Source of the DNA: Candidatus Gastranaerophilales bacterium
GTDB taxonomy: Bacteria > Cyanobacteriota > Vampirovibrionia > Gastranaerophilales > Gastranaerophilaceae
Assembly: GCA_944324255.1 (NCBI GenBank)
Contig: CALUVM010000009.1
Coordinates: forward strand, 211-64,210
Direction of reading: 5' to 3'
DNA length: 64,000 bases
Shown in pieces: positions 19,584 through 28,469 of this stretch. The notes below the pieces were generated by a model. The model saw nothing but the letters and a program-made list of their open reading frames with translations. It made no database searches and was not told the DNA's origin. A program made the translations under genes and the position numbers. Position 1 is the stretch's first letter, and each line of letters starts with the position of its first letter.

Positions 19584-19955
19584 ATGATTTTTACAATATT
19601 AATAACAATAGTTTTTATAGCAGAACTCATAATCGGATTTGCTCTTATTATGAATCTCATAAAATTTGATTGCAGAATAAACAAACTGAATCAAGACCTG
19701 CTTCTTATACAGCCATCGTTAGAAGAAGTTTGCGAGCTTGTCAAAGCAATATCTTTCCAGATAAAAGAAATGGCTGCTGAATACAGAGATGAAGTTTTAA
19801 AACGAAGAGAAGAAATGTCCGTAAGACTTATATCAAAACTTCTTGCCGGGATTTTGCTCTGGAAAATAAACCTAAAACTTATAAGAAAAATCAGAAAATC
19901 CAAAATCACAAAAACCCTCGCCAAGGGTTTAACGCTGTTACAAATTATGGTATAA
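19584..19955 (+). CDS. hypothetical membrane protein
   Basis: N-terminal TM and helical remainder. Sits with the YtxH-type genes. No family recognised. Confidence 0.45.
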   Translation: MIFTILITIVFIAELIIGFALIMNLIKFDCRINKLNQDLLLIQPSLEEVCELVKAISFQIKEMAAEYRDEVLKRREEMSVRLISKLLAGILLWKINLKLIRKIRKSKITKTLAKGLTLLQIMV

Positions 19956-19956
19956 T
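19948..19956 (+). promoter_or_regulatory. extended -10 promoter TGgTATAAT upstream of the first YtxH gene
   Basis: tggtataat overlaps the stop codon of the preceding ORF. SD agaggt lies before the ATG at 19984. Confidence 0.45.
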
Positions 19957-19983
19957 ATATAAGCAAAAGAAAGAGGTAGAACC

Positions 19984-20298
19984 ATGAGTAAGGATAAATC
20001 ATCAATAGGATTCGGACTCGGGCTGTTAGCAGGTGTTGTCGGCGGAATAATAGCCGGAATACTCTATGCACCGGCTCCCGGCTCTGAAATGAGAGAAAAA
20101 GTTAAAGAAACAGTCTGCGATTTGGCAGAAAAGCATTCGCCTGCTGTTAATGAAGCTAAAAAACAGGCTCTTGAAACAATCGACCTTTTAAAATATAAGC
20201 TTGAAAGGCAATATAAAAAGTTCGGGAACATGTTAAAATCATCAAAGATGAGAAAAGCAAAAGAATTAGAAGAAATTAACGACTACGATTTTAACTAA
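19984..20298 (+). CDS. YtxH domain-containing protein
   Basis: GLLAGVVGGIIAGILYAPAPGSEMREKVKE is the typical YtxH N-terminal signature. Confidence 0.75.
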   Translation: MSKDKSSIGFGLGLLAGVVGGIIAGILYAPAPGSEMREKVKETVCDLAEKHSPAVNEAKKQALETIDLLKYKLERQYKKFGNMLKSSKMRKAKELEEINDYDFN

Positions 20299-20309
20299 AA
20301 GGGGACTAA

Positions 20310-20681
20310 ATGGAGATTGCACAATTATATCAGGGATTAACTTTTCTGTCATACGCAACAGGAATTATTGTAATACTTGTAGGAGCGATGCTTGTAAAAG
20401 TTCTTTTTGACCTGTCAAAACTTACACGAAATATTGATGAAACAACAACTATTGTAAAAACAGAATTAGAACCTACTCTAAAGAACGTTAATAAGTCTGT
20501 TGAGATTATAAGCGGGTTAATTATTAAAACCGATGAAGGTATAAACAAGGTTAAAAACTTTATGTCCAAAACTCCGCTTAAGTTTTTAGGCAAACTTACA
20601 ACCCTGACCGGTAAAGCTACAAAAGGGTTCTTTTCAGGTTTGTGCATGGCTTTTAAAATGTTTTCCAAAAAGAAAAAGTAA
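20310..20681 (+). CDS. DUF948-like membrane protein
   Basis: N-terminal TM followed by a helical region (LSKLTRNIDETTTIVKTELEPTLKNV). This is the usual neighbour of YtxH genes. Confidence 0.55.
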   Translation: MEIAQLYQGLTFLSYATGIIVILVGAMLVKVLFDLSKLTRNIDETTTIVKTELEPTLKNVNKSVEIISGLIIKTDEGINKVKNFMSKTPLKFLGKLTTLTGKATKGFFSGLCMAFKMFSKKKK

Positions 20682-20756
20682 GCAAATTATTTAGCCTTGT
20701 TTACCGATAAAAATTTTTACAACAAAAGTTAAACTACGAAAGAAGGAGAAAATATT

Positions 20757-21026
20757 ATGTCAGTAATGAGATTTTTAGCAGGCTTTGCAGTAGGAGCAGC
20801 ACTCGGTGCAGTAGCAGGAATCCTTCTTGCACCAAAATCAGGTGAAGAAACAAGAGAAATGCTCGGTGATATGGCTTCTGATATGGCAAAGAAAACCGAT
20901 GCAACAGTAAAAGATATTCAAAAAAGAGCTGACGACATTGTTTCTGATGTACAAGAAAAAAGTGAAGAAATTATGTCAAAACTCCAGGATATGTTGAACA
21001 AACAAAAAGACGGAGCTGAAGCTTAG
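20757..21026 (+). CDS. YtxH domain-containing protein
   Basis: GAALGAVAGILLAPKSGEETREML signature. Confidence 0.75.
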   Translation: MSVMRFLAGFAVGAALGAVAGILLAPKSGEETREMLGDMASDMAKKTDATVKDIQKRADDIVSDVQEKSEEIMSKLQDMLNKQKDGAEA

Positions 21027-21050
21027 AATATTTTTAAACAAGCTTGAAAA

Positions 21051-21079
21051 GGAGATTGCAAGAAGCAGTCTCCTTTTTA
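21051..21079 (+). terminator. intrinsic terminator after the YtxH cluster
   Basis: ggagattgc/gcagtctcc stem (one G-U pair), 5-nt loop, then TTTTT. Confidence 0.75.
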
Positions 21080-21080
21080 T

Positions 21081-21109
21081 TTGACTTCTGGTTTAGTTTA
21101 TATTACTAT
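21081..21109 (+). promoter_or_regulatory. sigma70-like promoter candidate for the tRNA-Leu region
   Basis: TTGACT at 21081-21086, 17-nt spacer, TACTAT at 21104-21109. A TATAAT also sits at 21107-21112. Confidence 0.35.
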
Positions 21110-21146
21110 AATTGATGTTCGCAAGAGAAAGCTCTTTAAGCTTTGT

Positions 21147-21306
21147 GGCAGAACTTGAAAACTAAATAAATTTGCTTATGCCCTTGTGGCACTCTGCCGA
21201 CGGGGAGGTGACTAAATGTCACGTCCACGGAGAGGGGAGGTAGACGCCTCCGACAGTTAATCGGCAGAACTTGAAAACTAAATAAATTTGCTTATGCCCT
21301 TGTGGC
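21147..21306 (+). repeat. two perfect 44-nt direct repeats (21147-21190 and 21263-21306), period 116 nt; the second copy contains the first 11 nt of tRNA-Leu
   Basis: ggcagaacttgaaaactaaataaatttgcttatgcccttgtggc occurs twice. A third partial copy, ttatgcccttgt, is at 21420-21431. Confidence 0.9.
21194..21267 (+). other. GC-rich structured element of unknown function between the two repeats
   Basis: Closing stem ctgccga/tcggcag (21194-21200 with 21261-21267). It encloses hairpins ggaggtgac-taaat-gtcacgtcc and ggagg-tagacg-cctcc. GGGGAGGT occurs twice. Confidence 0.4.
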
Positions 21307-21382
21307 GGAATCGGTAGACGCGTTGGACTTAAAATCCAATCGGGGTTCACCCTCGGTGCCAGTTCAAGTCTGGCCAAGGGCA
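21296..21382 (+). tRNA. tRNA-Leu (anticodon UAA), type II with a long variable arm, no intron, CCA not encoded
   Basis: Acceptor gcccttg/caagggc, anticodon stem ttgga/tccaa with loop ctTAAaa, T-arm gccag-ttcaagt-ctggc, discriminator A. Confidence 0.95.
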
Positions 21383-21392
21383 AATTTAAGAA

Positions 21393-21421
21393 AAGACTTA
21401 CTGAAAAGTAGGTCTTTTTTT
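21393..21421. terminator. hairpin terminator after tRNA-Leu, probably also serving convergent topA
   Basis: aagacttac/gtaggtctt stem, 6-nt loop, T7 run on the plus strand and an A-run upstream. Confidence 0.75.
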
Positions 21422-21495
21422 ATGCCCTTGTTTGTTCGGGCTAAGCCCTCTCTAAACCAGACAGCGGCTGGAAAATCAAAGATTTCTTACATACG

Positions 21496-23796
21496 TTATT
21501 CAGCCGGCTTGTCCTGAGTTATTTCCTGCTTATAAGAACATGTTCTGCTTGAACATACCTCATATAAACCGTTTTTTGTATTCTTTTTAACAAGAAGCTC
21601 CCCGCATTCAGGGCACTTGTTTCCAGTCGGCTCATCCCATAATGCATAAGAGCAATCCGGATAACGATTACATCCATAGAAGATTTTGCCGTGTTTTGAT
21701 TTCTTTTCTATTATAGTTCCTTCACCACATTTAGGACATAGCACACCGGTTGAGCGCACATATTTTTTTCTGTTTTTGCATTCTACACACTCAAGGTATT
21801 TTCCGTATGGACCGGTCTTCATAACCATTGCCCCGCCGCACTTTTCACACTTTTCATCAACTGTTTGTGCAGTGTTTCCTTCGCCGTTATCATTTGCAGA
21901 TTCTAGTTCTACAGAGTTATTCAAAGATATAATTGTTTTACATTCAGGATAACCGGAACAGCCCAGAAACTGGGTTCCAAAACGACTGGTTCTGACCAAC
22001 ATTTTCCTTCCGCAGTTAGGACATAATTTATCACTTTCAATAACGACTTTTTGCGGATTCTTCATAACTGAATTTACAACTTCCATAAACGGAGTATAAA
22101 ATTCTTGCAGAACTACATTCCAGACAGCTTTCTTTTCGGCAATTTTATCAAGTTTTTCTTCCATACCGGCTGTAAATTTATAGTCCATAATTTCGGAAAA
22201 CTGACTTACAAGCTGCTTGCAAACCGTTCTGCCTAACAGGGTAGGAATAAGAGCTTTGTCTTTTTTCTCTACATATTTACGGGTTTGAATAACCGTTATA
22301 ATAGTTGCATAAGTAGACGGACGACCTATTCCATGTTCTTCGAGAGCCTTAACAAGTGAAGCCTCATTGTACCGTGGCGGCGGTTGAGTAAAGTGTTGTT
22401 TTGGTGTTATTTCTTTACATACAACTTTATCGCCGGCTTCTAAATCCGGAATCTTTGAGTCTGCTTCTTTCTCATCTTCTTCAGAGTCATTATAAAGTTT
22501 CAAAAATCCGTCAAACAGAATCTTGCTTGTACCGGCTTTAAGCGAGTAATCGCCCGCAGAAATATCAATAGTTTTATTTGCAATGTTTGCCGGTGCCATC
22601 TGTGAAGACATAAATTTTTCCCAGATTAACTTATAAAGTTTGTACTGGTCTGATGAAAGGTACTGTTTTATACTTTCGGGCGTTCTTTCAGGATATGAAG
22701 GTCGGATCGCTTCGTGTGCATCCTGAACATTTTGTTTTCCTTTAGCATAAATGTTCGGGGTTGATGGATAATATTTCTCGCCGTAATTATTCAGAATAAA
22801 ATCTTTCGCCATAGACTGCGCATCATCCGAAACCCTCACACTATCGGTTCTCATATAAGTAATAAGACCTATGGGAGTACCGTCTATATCTATCCCTTCA
22901 TAAAGCTTCTGGGCAACTTGCATTGTTTTTGATACGCCAAACCCTAATTTTGAACTTGCAGCTCTTTGCAGAGTGGAAGTAATAAAAGGAGCAGTAGGTT
23001 TTCTTTTTGTTTCTTTTTTAGTAACCTTTTCCACCTTAAATTCAGTTTCCGGCGAAAGAAGAGTTTCTTTTATTTTAAGCGCTTCTTCTTCGTTGTTTAC
23101 TTCTATTTTTTTCCCTTTATATTTATTAAGTTCTGCTTCAAAAGTTTTCCCGTCTTTATCCATAAGAGCATGGATTGACCAGTATTCTTTTGGAACAAAT
23201 GCTTCTATTTCTTCTTCTCTTTCGCAAATCATGCGAAGAGCAACAGATTGAACCCTTCCGGCAGACAGGTGATAATTACCCAGCTGTTTCCACAAAACAG
23301 GCGATAACTTGTAACCTACAAGTTTATCCAAAATCTGTCTTGTCTGCTGGGCTTTTACTCTGTCCATATCTATTTGTCTGTAATGCTCAACCGCATATTT
23401 GACAGCCTTCGGAGTAATCTCATTAAACTCAATTCTGAAAACTTTACTGTCATCCACATCTAAAAGTTCTCTTACATGCCAGGCAATAGCTTCTCCTTCT
23501 CTATCAGGGTCGGATGCTAGATAAATCTTATCCGAATGTTTGGCAAGCTCATTTAATTTTGCAACGACTTTCTTTTTTTCTGGTATTACAACATAGGTTG
23601 GCTTAAAATTATTGTGAACATCAAACCCCAGAATATTTTCCGGCAGATTCCTTACATGTCCGAAACTTGCTTCAATCTGATATCCATCCCCGAGAATCTT
23701 TTTTATAGTTTTAGATTTTGCAGGAGACTCAACTATAACAAGAGCTTTCTCTTTTTTGGGTTTCGCTTTTTTTTCCGCTGCTGCTGTATTTGTCAT
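21496..23796 (-). CDS. topA: DNA topoisomerase I
   Basis: Toprim N-terminus (LVIVESPAKSKTI), active-site region ITYMRTDS, several C-terminal CxxC zinc ribbons. Confidence 0.95.
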   Translation of the reverse strand: MTNTAAAEKKAKPKKEKALVIVESPAKSKTIKKILGDGYQIEASFGHVRNLPENILGFDVHNNFKPTYVVIPEKKKVVAKLNELAKHSDKIYLASDPDREGEAIAWHVRELLDVDDSKVFRIEFNEITPKAVKYAVEHYRQIDMDRVKAQQTRQILDKLVGYKLSPVLWKQLGNYHLSAGRVQSVALRMICEREEEIEAFVPKEYWSIHALMDKDGKTFEAELNKYKGKKIEVNNEEEALKIKETLLSPETEFKVEKVTKKETKRKPTAPFITSTLQRAASSKLGFGVSKTMQVAQKLYEGIDIDGTPIGLITYMRTDSVRVSDDAQSMAKDFILNNYGEKYYPSTPNIYAKGKQNVQDAHEAIRPSYPERTPESIKQYLSSDQYKLYKLIWEKFMSSQMAPANIANKTIDISAGDYSLKAGTSKILFDGFLKLYNDSEEDEKEADSKIPDLEAGDKVVCKEITPKQHFTQPPPRYNEASLVKALEEHGIGRPSTYATIITVIQTRKYVEKKDKALIPTLLGRTVCKQLVSQFSEIMDYKFTAGMEEKLDKIAEKKAVWNVVLQEFYTPFMEVVNSVMKNPQKVVIESDKLCPNCGRKMLVRTSRFGTQFLGCSGYPECKTIISLNNSVELESANDNGEGNTAQTVDEKCEKCGGAMVMKTGPYGKYLECVECKNRKKYVRSTGVLCPKCGEGTIIEKKSKHGKIFYGCNRYPDCSYALWDEPTGNKCPECGELLVKKNTKNGLYEVCSSRTCSYKQEITQDKPAE

Positions 23797-24875
23797 ACTC
23801 TCTTATACCTGTCTCCCGCTATTTGCTCAACTAAACCTTTTAACTCCATGCCGGTTAAACATACCAGAAGCTCATCTGAAGAGAGTCCCGTCACAGCAAG
23901 GAGTTCATCAAAACCTTTCGGCTCAACACTTATTATATCAAAAATTATTTTTTCATTCATGTCCATCTCAATCTTACGCTCAGAAGCCTTATTCTGCTGT
24001 ATTTCCCATCCCAGAGCATTCAAGATATCATTACCTGATGTAACCATTGAAGCACCGTCACGCAAAAGCTTATAAACACCTTCCATATTGGAATTTGAAA
24101 TTGCGCCCGGAATACACATCAATTCTCTGCCCTGTTCAAGAGTAAGATTCGCAGTTATTAAAGCTCCGCTTTTTATAGCAGCTTCCGCAATTACAGTCCC
24201 GTATGATAGACCTGAAACAATTCTGTTTCTTTGCGGAAATCTAAACTTTAACGGTTCAAAAGTCGGATAATATTCCGTAACAACAGCCCCTCCGCCTTGC
24301 TCAATCCGCTCATACAAATCTTTGTTAGAGGCAGGATATGTATAATTTAAACCGCTTGCAATAACCCCTATTGTCTTTAATCCGTTATCAAGTGCACTCT
24401 CATGAGAAGTTGAATCAATTCCCGCAGCAAGTCCTGACACAATACAAATATCTGTGCCTGATAAATCTGAGATTATTTTTTTTACACTATCTTTTCCGGT
24501 AAAACTTGCCTTTCTGGAACCGACAAAAGCTACGGTTCTTTCCAGATTGCAGCTGAATAAATCTCCCTTGTAATAAAGACAGGCTGGCGGATCTGATATC
24601 TGACGCAGCATATAAGGATACTTTTCATCATCAAAAGTCAACACCTTAATACCTTTATCCAGTACATAATCTGTTGTTTTATCCAAATCTATTGATTTGC
24701 GTTTTTCAATAAAAGTTTCGGCTTTTTTAATACTCAACCCCTCTACCTGACGGAATTCAGATATCGGAGCATTATAAGCTGTTTCAATATCTCCAAAGTA
24801 ATTATACAATCTCTGTATAAAAGAAGAATCCAGTTGTTCAATTGATGATAAAGCTATCCAATACTTTGTATTCAT
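23793..24875 (-). CDS. dprA: DNA processing protein DprA (Smf)
   Basis: Rossmann-like core VSGLAAGIDSTSHESAL...GTVIAEAAIKSGALITA. 4-nt overlap with topA, the conserved dprA-topA pairing. Confidence 0.9.
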   Translation of the reverse strand: MNTKYWIALSSIEQLDSSFIQRLYNYFGDIETAYNAPISEFRQVEGLSIKKAETFIEKRKSIDLDKTTDYVLDKGIKVLTFDDEKYPYMLRQISDPPACLYYKGDLFSCNLERTVAFVGSRKASFTGKDSVKKIISDLSGTDICIVSGLAAGIDSTSHESALDNGLKTIGVIASGLNYTYPASNKDLYERIEQGGGAVVTEYYPTFEPLKFRFPQRNRIVSGLSYGTVIAEAAIKSGALITANLTLEQGRELMCIPGAISNSNMEGVYKLLRDGASMVTSGNDILNALGWEIQQNKASERKIEMDMNEKIIFDIISVEPKGFDELLAVTGLSSDELLVCLTGMELKGLVEQIAGDRYKRV

Positions 24876-24881
24876 TGTTTT

Positions 24882-24890
24882 ATCATAGCA
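24882..24890 (-). promoter_or_regulatory. extended -10 promoter TGcTATGAT placed 6 nt before the dprA ATG (leaderless candidate)
   Basis: The minus strand reads TGcTATGATaaaacaATG. The ATG is at 24873-24875. Confidence 0.5.
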
Positions 24891-24941
24891 TAAATAAATC
24901 TTTTTTATCGGATAAGTATACTCAATAAAATATTATTTATT

Positions 24942-25712
24942 TTAACCAATCTTCACACGGATTCTGTCAATCAGCTTTCCGACACTATCTTTTTCTTCTT
25001 CCGGAATATCAAAATTAATATAATCTTCAAAATACTCTATTGCATCTTCATAATCGCCTCTTGCCATAAATAGTATTCCGACTTTTTTATACGCAAGTGT
25101 AAATTTATCATTTACGGCAATTGATTTTAAATAATTTGATATAGCTTTATCAATTTCATTGTTCGCTTCATAAGCCTGCGCAAGAGCATAATAAATAAGT
25201 TCATTATTTTCTTTATAGGCAACTACGTTTTCAAAACATGATATAGCGCCTTCATAATCTCCGAGTTCAAAATATACATGCCCTAAATCATAAAAAGCAT
25301 CATAGTTTTCCGGATTATCTTCAAGAACTTTATCCAGTTCTTCTATAGCATCATCCCATCTTTGATCTTCTATATAAACTCTTGCTAACAGGTGAGCTAT
25401 AACCATATTATCAGTTATTTCATAGCTTGCTCTTTGGAGCGTACCTACAGCAGAAGCTAAATCCCCTGCCTTATAATATAAATCAGAAAGGTTTATATAT
25501 GCCTGCGCAAGCTGAGGGTCGAGTTCAATTGCTTTTACATAATAATACTCAGCATGTTCAAAATCTCCAACACAGGAATATGCCACCCCTAAATTGTTAT
25601 ATACATCTGCATTATCAGGCTCGGTTTCTAATACTAAACTAAACGCATCTATAGCTTCTTCATATTTATGTTCTTTAAAAAGGCTCATTGCCTTATCAAT
25701 CTTTTCAGACAT
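24942..25712 (-). CDS. tetratricopeptide (TPR) repeat protein
   Basis: Repeated 34-aa units of the form A..Y..LG.AY...GD...A...Y.KA. The start overlaps the lptA-like stop (TAATG). Confidence 0.8.
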   Translation of the reverse strand: MSEKIDKAMSLFKEHKYEEAIDAFSLVLETEPDNADVYNNLGVAYSCVGDFEHAEYYYVKAIELDPQLAQAYINLSDLYYKAGDLASAVGTLQRASYEITDNMVIAHLLARVYIEDQRWDDAIEELDKVLEDNPENYDAFYDLGHVYFELGDYEGAISCFENVVAYKENNELIYYALAQAYEANNEIDKAISNYLKSIAVNDKFTLAYKKVGILFMARGDYEDAIEYFEDYINFDIPEEEKDSVGKLIDRIRVKIG

Positions 25713-26665
25713 TACAAATCCTCTTCCTTTGTATCAATATTATGGATAATAGTTCTTACGTTACCTTCGGCAACAAAATCCTTAGGTTCCATTGTCATCT
25801 TTATTTTATCAGCAATTATATCTTTATCAGCCTGAACTATTTTAGATCTGCCGACAAAATAAACTTCGTTAGGTTTTCCAGTCGCAGCATCAGGGAATAC
25901 ACTGACTTTTGGACCTTGAGCATAATACTCATCAAACCAGATTTTTACATGTCCGGTCCCTATATAAGAATTCTGTTTTTTATTATATTGTTGAAAATCT
26001 GAATGAATAACAAGTTTTTTACCGTCATCCGAATAAGCTTCTGTTTTAGTATTACCGGAAACACTCATATCCTCAGTTATAGGATTATACACAAAGTGAT
26101 GTCCCTCTGAAGTATTATTCTCCTGCTTTACTTTTGCATTCCCGATAAGATCAATTTTTCTTAACCCGCCTTTTTCATCCGCTATAATTACCGCTTTATC
26201 AGAAAAGCTTTCAATATCTTTATATTTTATAGATACAGCACCTGTTGCAACCATCACACTGCTTTTTGTATCATATTCCTGTTCATCCGCATTAATAACA
26301 ACAATTGGAGTATTACCTTCCATTATTATTGATTGGGAATCCCCTTCAGCTCTTACAACTTTATTAATCAAGGACACCTGCAGGATATTCGCTTTTACCT
26401 CTCTTTTTTTATTTGCGTTTATTTCATATGCATAAGGTTTGTCATAAAATGTGGCAGTATCAAGCTTATTATTACGTCTTATCGAAACATCCGCTCTCGG
26501 ACTCTGAACAGTCAGGTTATCCATCTTAACCGTTACTCCGCCATCAAGTTTGATTTTCTTTTCTTTACCGGAATACGTTTGGGTTTTTGATTCAATAATA
26601 AGATCTGAAGCAAAAACCGACAAGCTTGTTAGTATTAAAAATGAGATTATAAGTATTTTTTTCAT
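25712..26665 (-). CDS. lptA: LptA/OstA-family periplasmic protein (elongated, 317 aa)
   Basis: Signal peptide and repeated OstA-like beta-jellyroll sequence character. Immediately downstream of lptC with a 1-nt overlap. Confidence 0.7.
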   Translation of the reverse strand: MKKILIISFLILTSLSVFASDLIIESKTQTYSGKEKKIKLDGGVTVKMDNLTVQSPRADVSIRRNNKLDTATFYDKPYAYEINANKKREVKANILQVSLINKVVRAEGDSQSIIMEGNTPIVVINADEQEYDTKSSVMVATGAVSIKYKDIESFSDKAVIIADEKGGLRKIDLIGNAKVKQENNTSEGHHFVYNPITEDMSVSGNTKTEAYSDDGKKLVIHSDFQQYNKKQNSYIGTGHVKIWFDEYYAQGPKVSVFPDAATGKPNEVYFVGRSKIVQADKDIIADKIKMTMEPKDFVAEGNVRTIIHNIDTKEEDL

Positions 26666-27273
26666 TATTTCTCCTTATGCTCATATATTTTTGTTTGAGT
26701 TTTTCCAACTATTTTAAATTTATCATACCCTGCTCCAATAATACATTTATCAGCAACAGCATACATATCTTCGTCTTTTTTTATTATTACATTTCCGTCA
26801 GCTATAGTTTCTTTATCAGAACCTGCCCAGGTCAGCTTATCAGTTAATAAAGATGTATTATCTTTTAAAACTATATAAGTATTATCATAAAGAGTAATTA
26901 CACCGGTTTTTTCATTATAAGTACCTTTCGTTGATTGAAAACTCATTGCGACTTCGTTATCTTTATAGAAATTTCCGACAACATTATGAAGGGTGGCTAC
27001 ATTTTCCTCATTACTGTAATTACCTTTTTCGCCATAGATTTCAAAATATTTCTTTCCGTCTTTAGTTTCCGTAATAATAATACCTAAAGCATCAACTTTT
27101 TGTTCATTTTCGGCTCCGCTAAGCTGAGAACGATTAAAATTGCAGGTGATAATTCCGGCTGTGATAAAAGCCCAGCTCATTACCATAACAACCCCTATTA
27201 TCGCTATAAGATAAGACCTTTTTTTCTTATCCATTTCACGTATTTTTTTCAGAAGCCTTCTTAAAATATCCAT
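26665..27273 (-). CDS. lptC: LPS export system protein LptC
   Basis: N-terminal TM anchor plus an LptC-like beta-jellyroll, about 200 aa. Sits upstream of the lptA-like gene. Confidence 0.7.
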   Translation of the reverse strand: MDILRRLLKKIREMDKKKRSYLIAIIGVVMVMSWAFITAGIITCNFNRSQLSGAENEQKVDALGIIITETKDGKKYFEIYGEKGNYSNEENVATLHNVVGNFYKDNEVAMSFQSTKGTYNEKTGVITLYDNTYIVLKDNTSLLTDKLTWAGSDKETIADGNVIIKKDEDMYAVADKCIIGAGYDKFKIVGKTQTKIYEHKEK

Positions 27274-27279
27274 AGAAAT

Positions 27280-27288
27280 ATTTTATCA
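27280..27288 (-). promoter_or_regulatory. extended -10 promoter TGaTAAAAT placed 6 nt before the lptC ATG (leaderless candidate)
   Basis: The minus strand reads TGaTAAAATatttctATG. The ATG is at 27271-27273. Confidence 0.5.
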
Positions 27289-27302
27289 CATAATTTACTA
27301 TC

Positions 27303-28469
27303 TTACGATAATCTGGTAAAATCCTTTGTTTTGAGTTTTAAAATAGTTTGAATTTCAGCTTCATTATCCGTTGAACCGAAAATAACAGCAAATAAAGGAT
27401 TCTTTTTAGGATTAATACGTCTAAGTTCCAGAATATTTGAAAAATATGCCAGATAACCGTCATAATCAAAAGCCCTGATTTTAGTCCTATCAATATTAGA
27501 ATCGACTTCCGCCATTGAAAAATAATAAATTTTGCTTGTTGCAGAAGCTAAAATTTCATTCCAATTCGGCTTTGTCTGATTTAGAAAACTTTCATAAACA
27601 TTTATTCCCCAGGCATATTTTGAAACATCTGTCGTACACCAGCCCGCAAAACGCATTGGATTAACTTCAATCGGAATAATTTTATCGTCTGATGTAATCC
27701 TTAATTCTATATGCAGAGGGAAATTTCTTATATTATTCTTATCACCGATTTGTTTAAGAAGAATGGCAAATTTTGCCATATACTTCATCATAATTTGTGC
27801 AGACATAATATAAATACGGTCACGCACATCTTTTGAATCTAAGAACGGATGATTGAATATATTTAATATGACCGGAACACCATTCGAGTCATAATAAGCA
27901 TCAACAGCATACTCATCACCTGAAATATATTCTTCCAGAATAAATTTAGAAGAATTAATAACGTTCTCCGGATATAGTTCCTGCGCTTCCTTCATTTCAC
28001 GCTCAAGGACAGCTATTACAGTTTTCCAATCTTTATCATCATGCACTGTATGCACACCGAAGCTTAAGAACCCGACGGAAGGTTTGATTACAAAAGGATA
28101 TTTTAACTCCTCAAGCGGTATATTTTTAAGCTCCTCCAGATTTGATTCCTTAAAGAAAAATTCAGGATAAAGCTCACTTAACATTTTTCTAAATTCAATC
28201 TTATCCTTAAATAATTTGATATACCTGCTCAAATTTGAGTCAGGAAGATTCTCTATAACCCAGTTTATGGAATTTTCGGAATTAGAATAAATAAGCGGAT
28301 ACTCTATATCGCTAAAGTATTCAACAGCCTTACCGGTTGTAATCAAATTTAGCGCACCTTCCTCAAACCCTGACATCATAACAGGTTCATTTTCAAGAAC
28401 AAGCCAGTTGTTTTGAACAACAGTATCAATTAAAAACTCCGAAACATACGGTTTTTCTAAAATAATCAA
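27303..28469 (-). CDS. ATP-grasp domain protein, substrate unknown
   Basis: FVIKPSVGFLSFGV, LEEYISGDEYAVDAY, IEVNPMRFAG. TTG start with GGAGG 7 nt upstream. Confidence 0.7.
   Translation of the reverse strand: MIILEKPYVSEFLIDTVVQNNWLVLENEPVMMSGFEEGALNLITTGKAVEYFSDIEYPLIYSNSENSINWVIENLPDSNLSRYIKLFKDKIEFRKMLSELYPEFFFKESNLEELKNIPLEELKYPFVIKPSVGFLSFGVHTVHDDKDWKTVIAVLEREMKEAQELYPENVINSSKFILEEYISGDEYAVDAYYDSNGVPVILNIFNHPFLDSKDVRDRIYIMSAQIMMKYMAKFAILLKQIGDKNNIRNFPLHIELRITSDDKIIPIEVNPMRFAGWCTTDVSKYAWGINVYESFLNQTKPNWNEILASATSKIYYFSMAEVDSNIDRTKIRAFDYDGYLAYFSNILELRRINPKKNPLFAVIFGSTDNEAEIQTILKLKTKDFTRLS

Noticed and set aside
21147-21431. Interpreting the 44-nt repeats as attL/attR of an integrated element at the tRNA gene.
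   Set aside because: Only 72 nt lie between the repeats and no integrase is nearby. The duplicated part is the 5' end of the tRNA rather than the usual 3' end. I keep it as an open observation, not as a mobile-element call.
21302-21517. A 71-aa ORF on the plus strand.
   Set aside because: It starts inside the tRNA-Leu gene and runs through its terminator into the 3' end of topA. It is explained by the tRNA.
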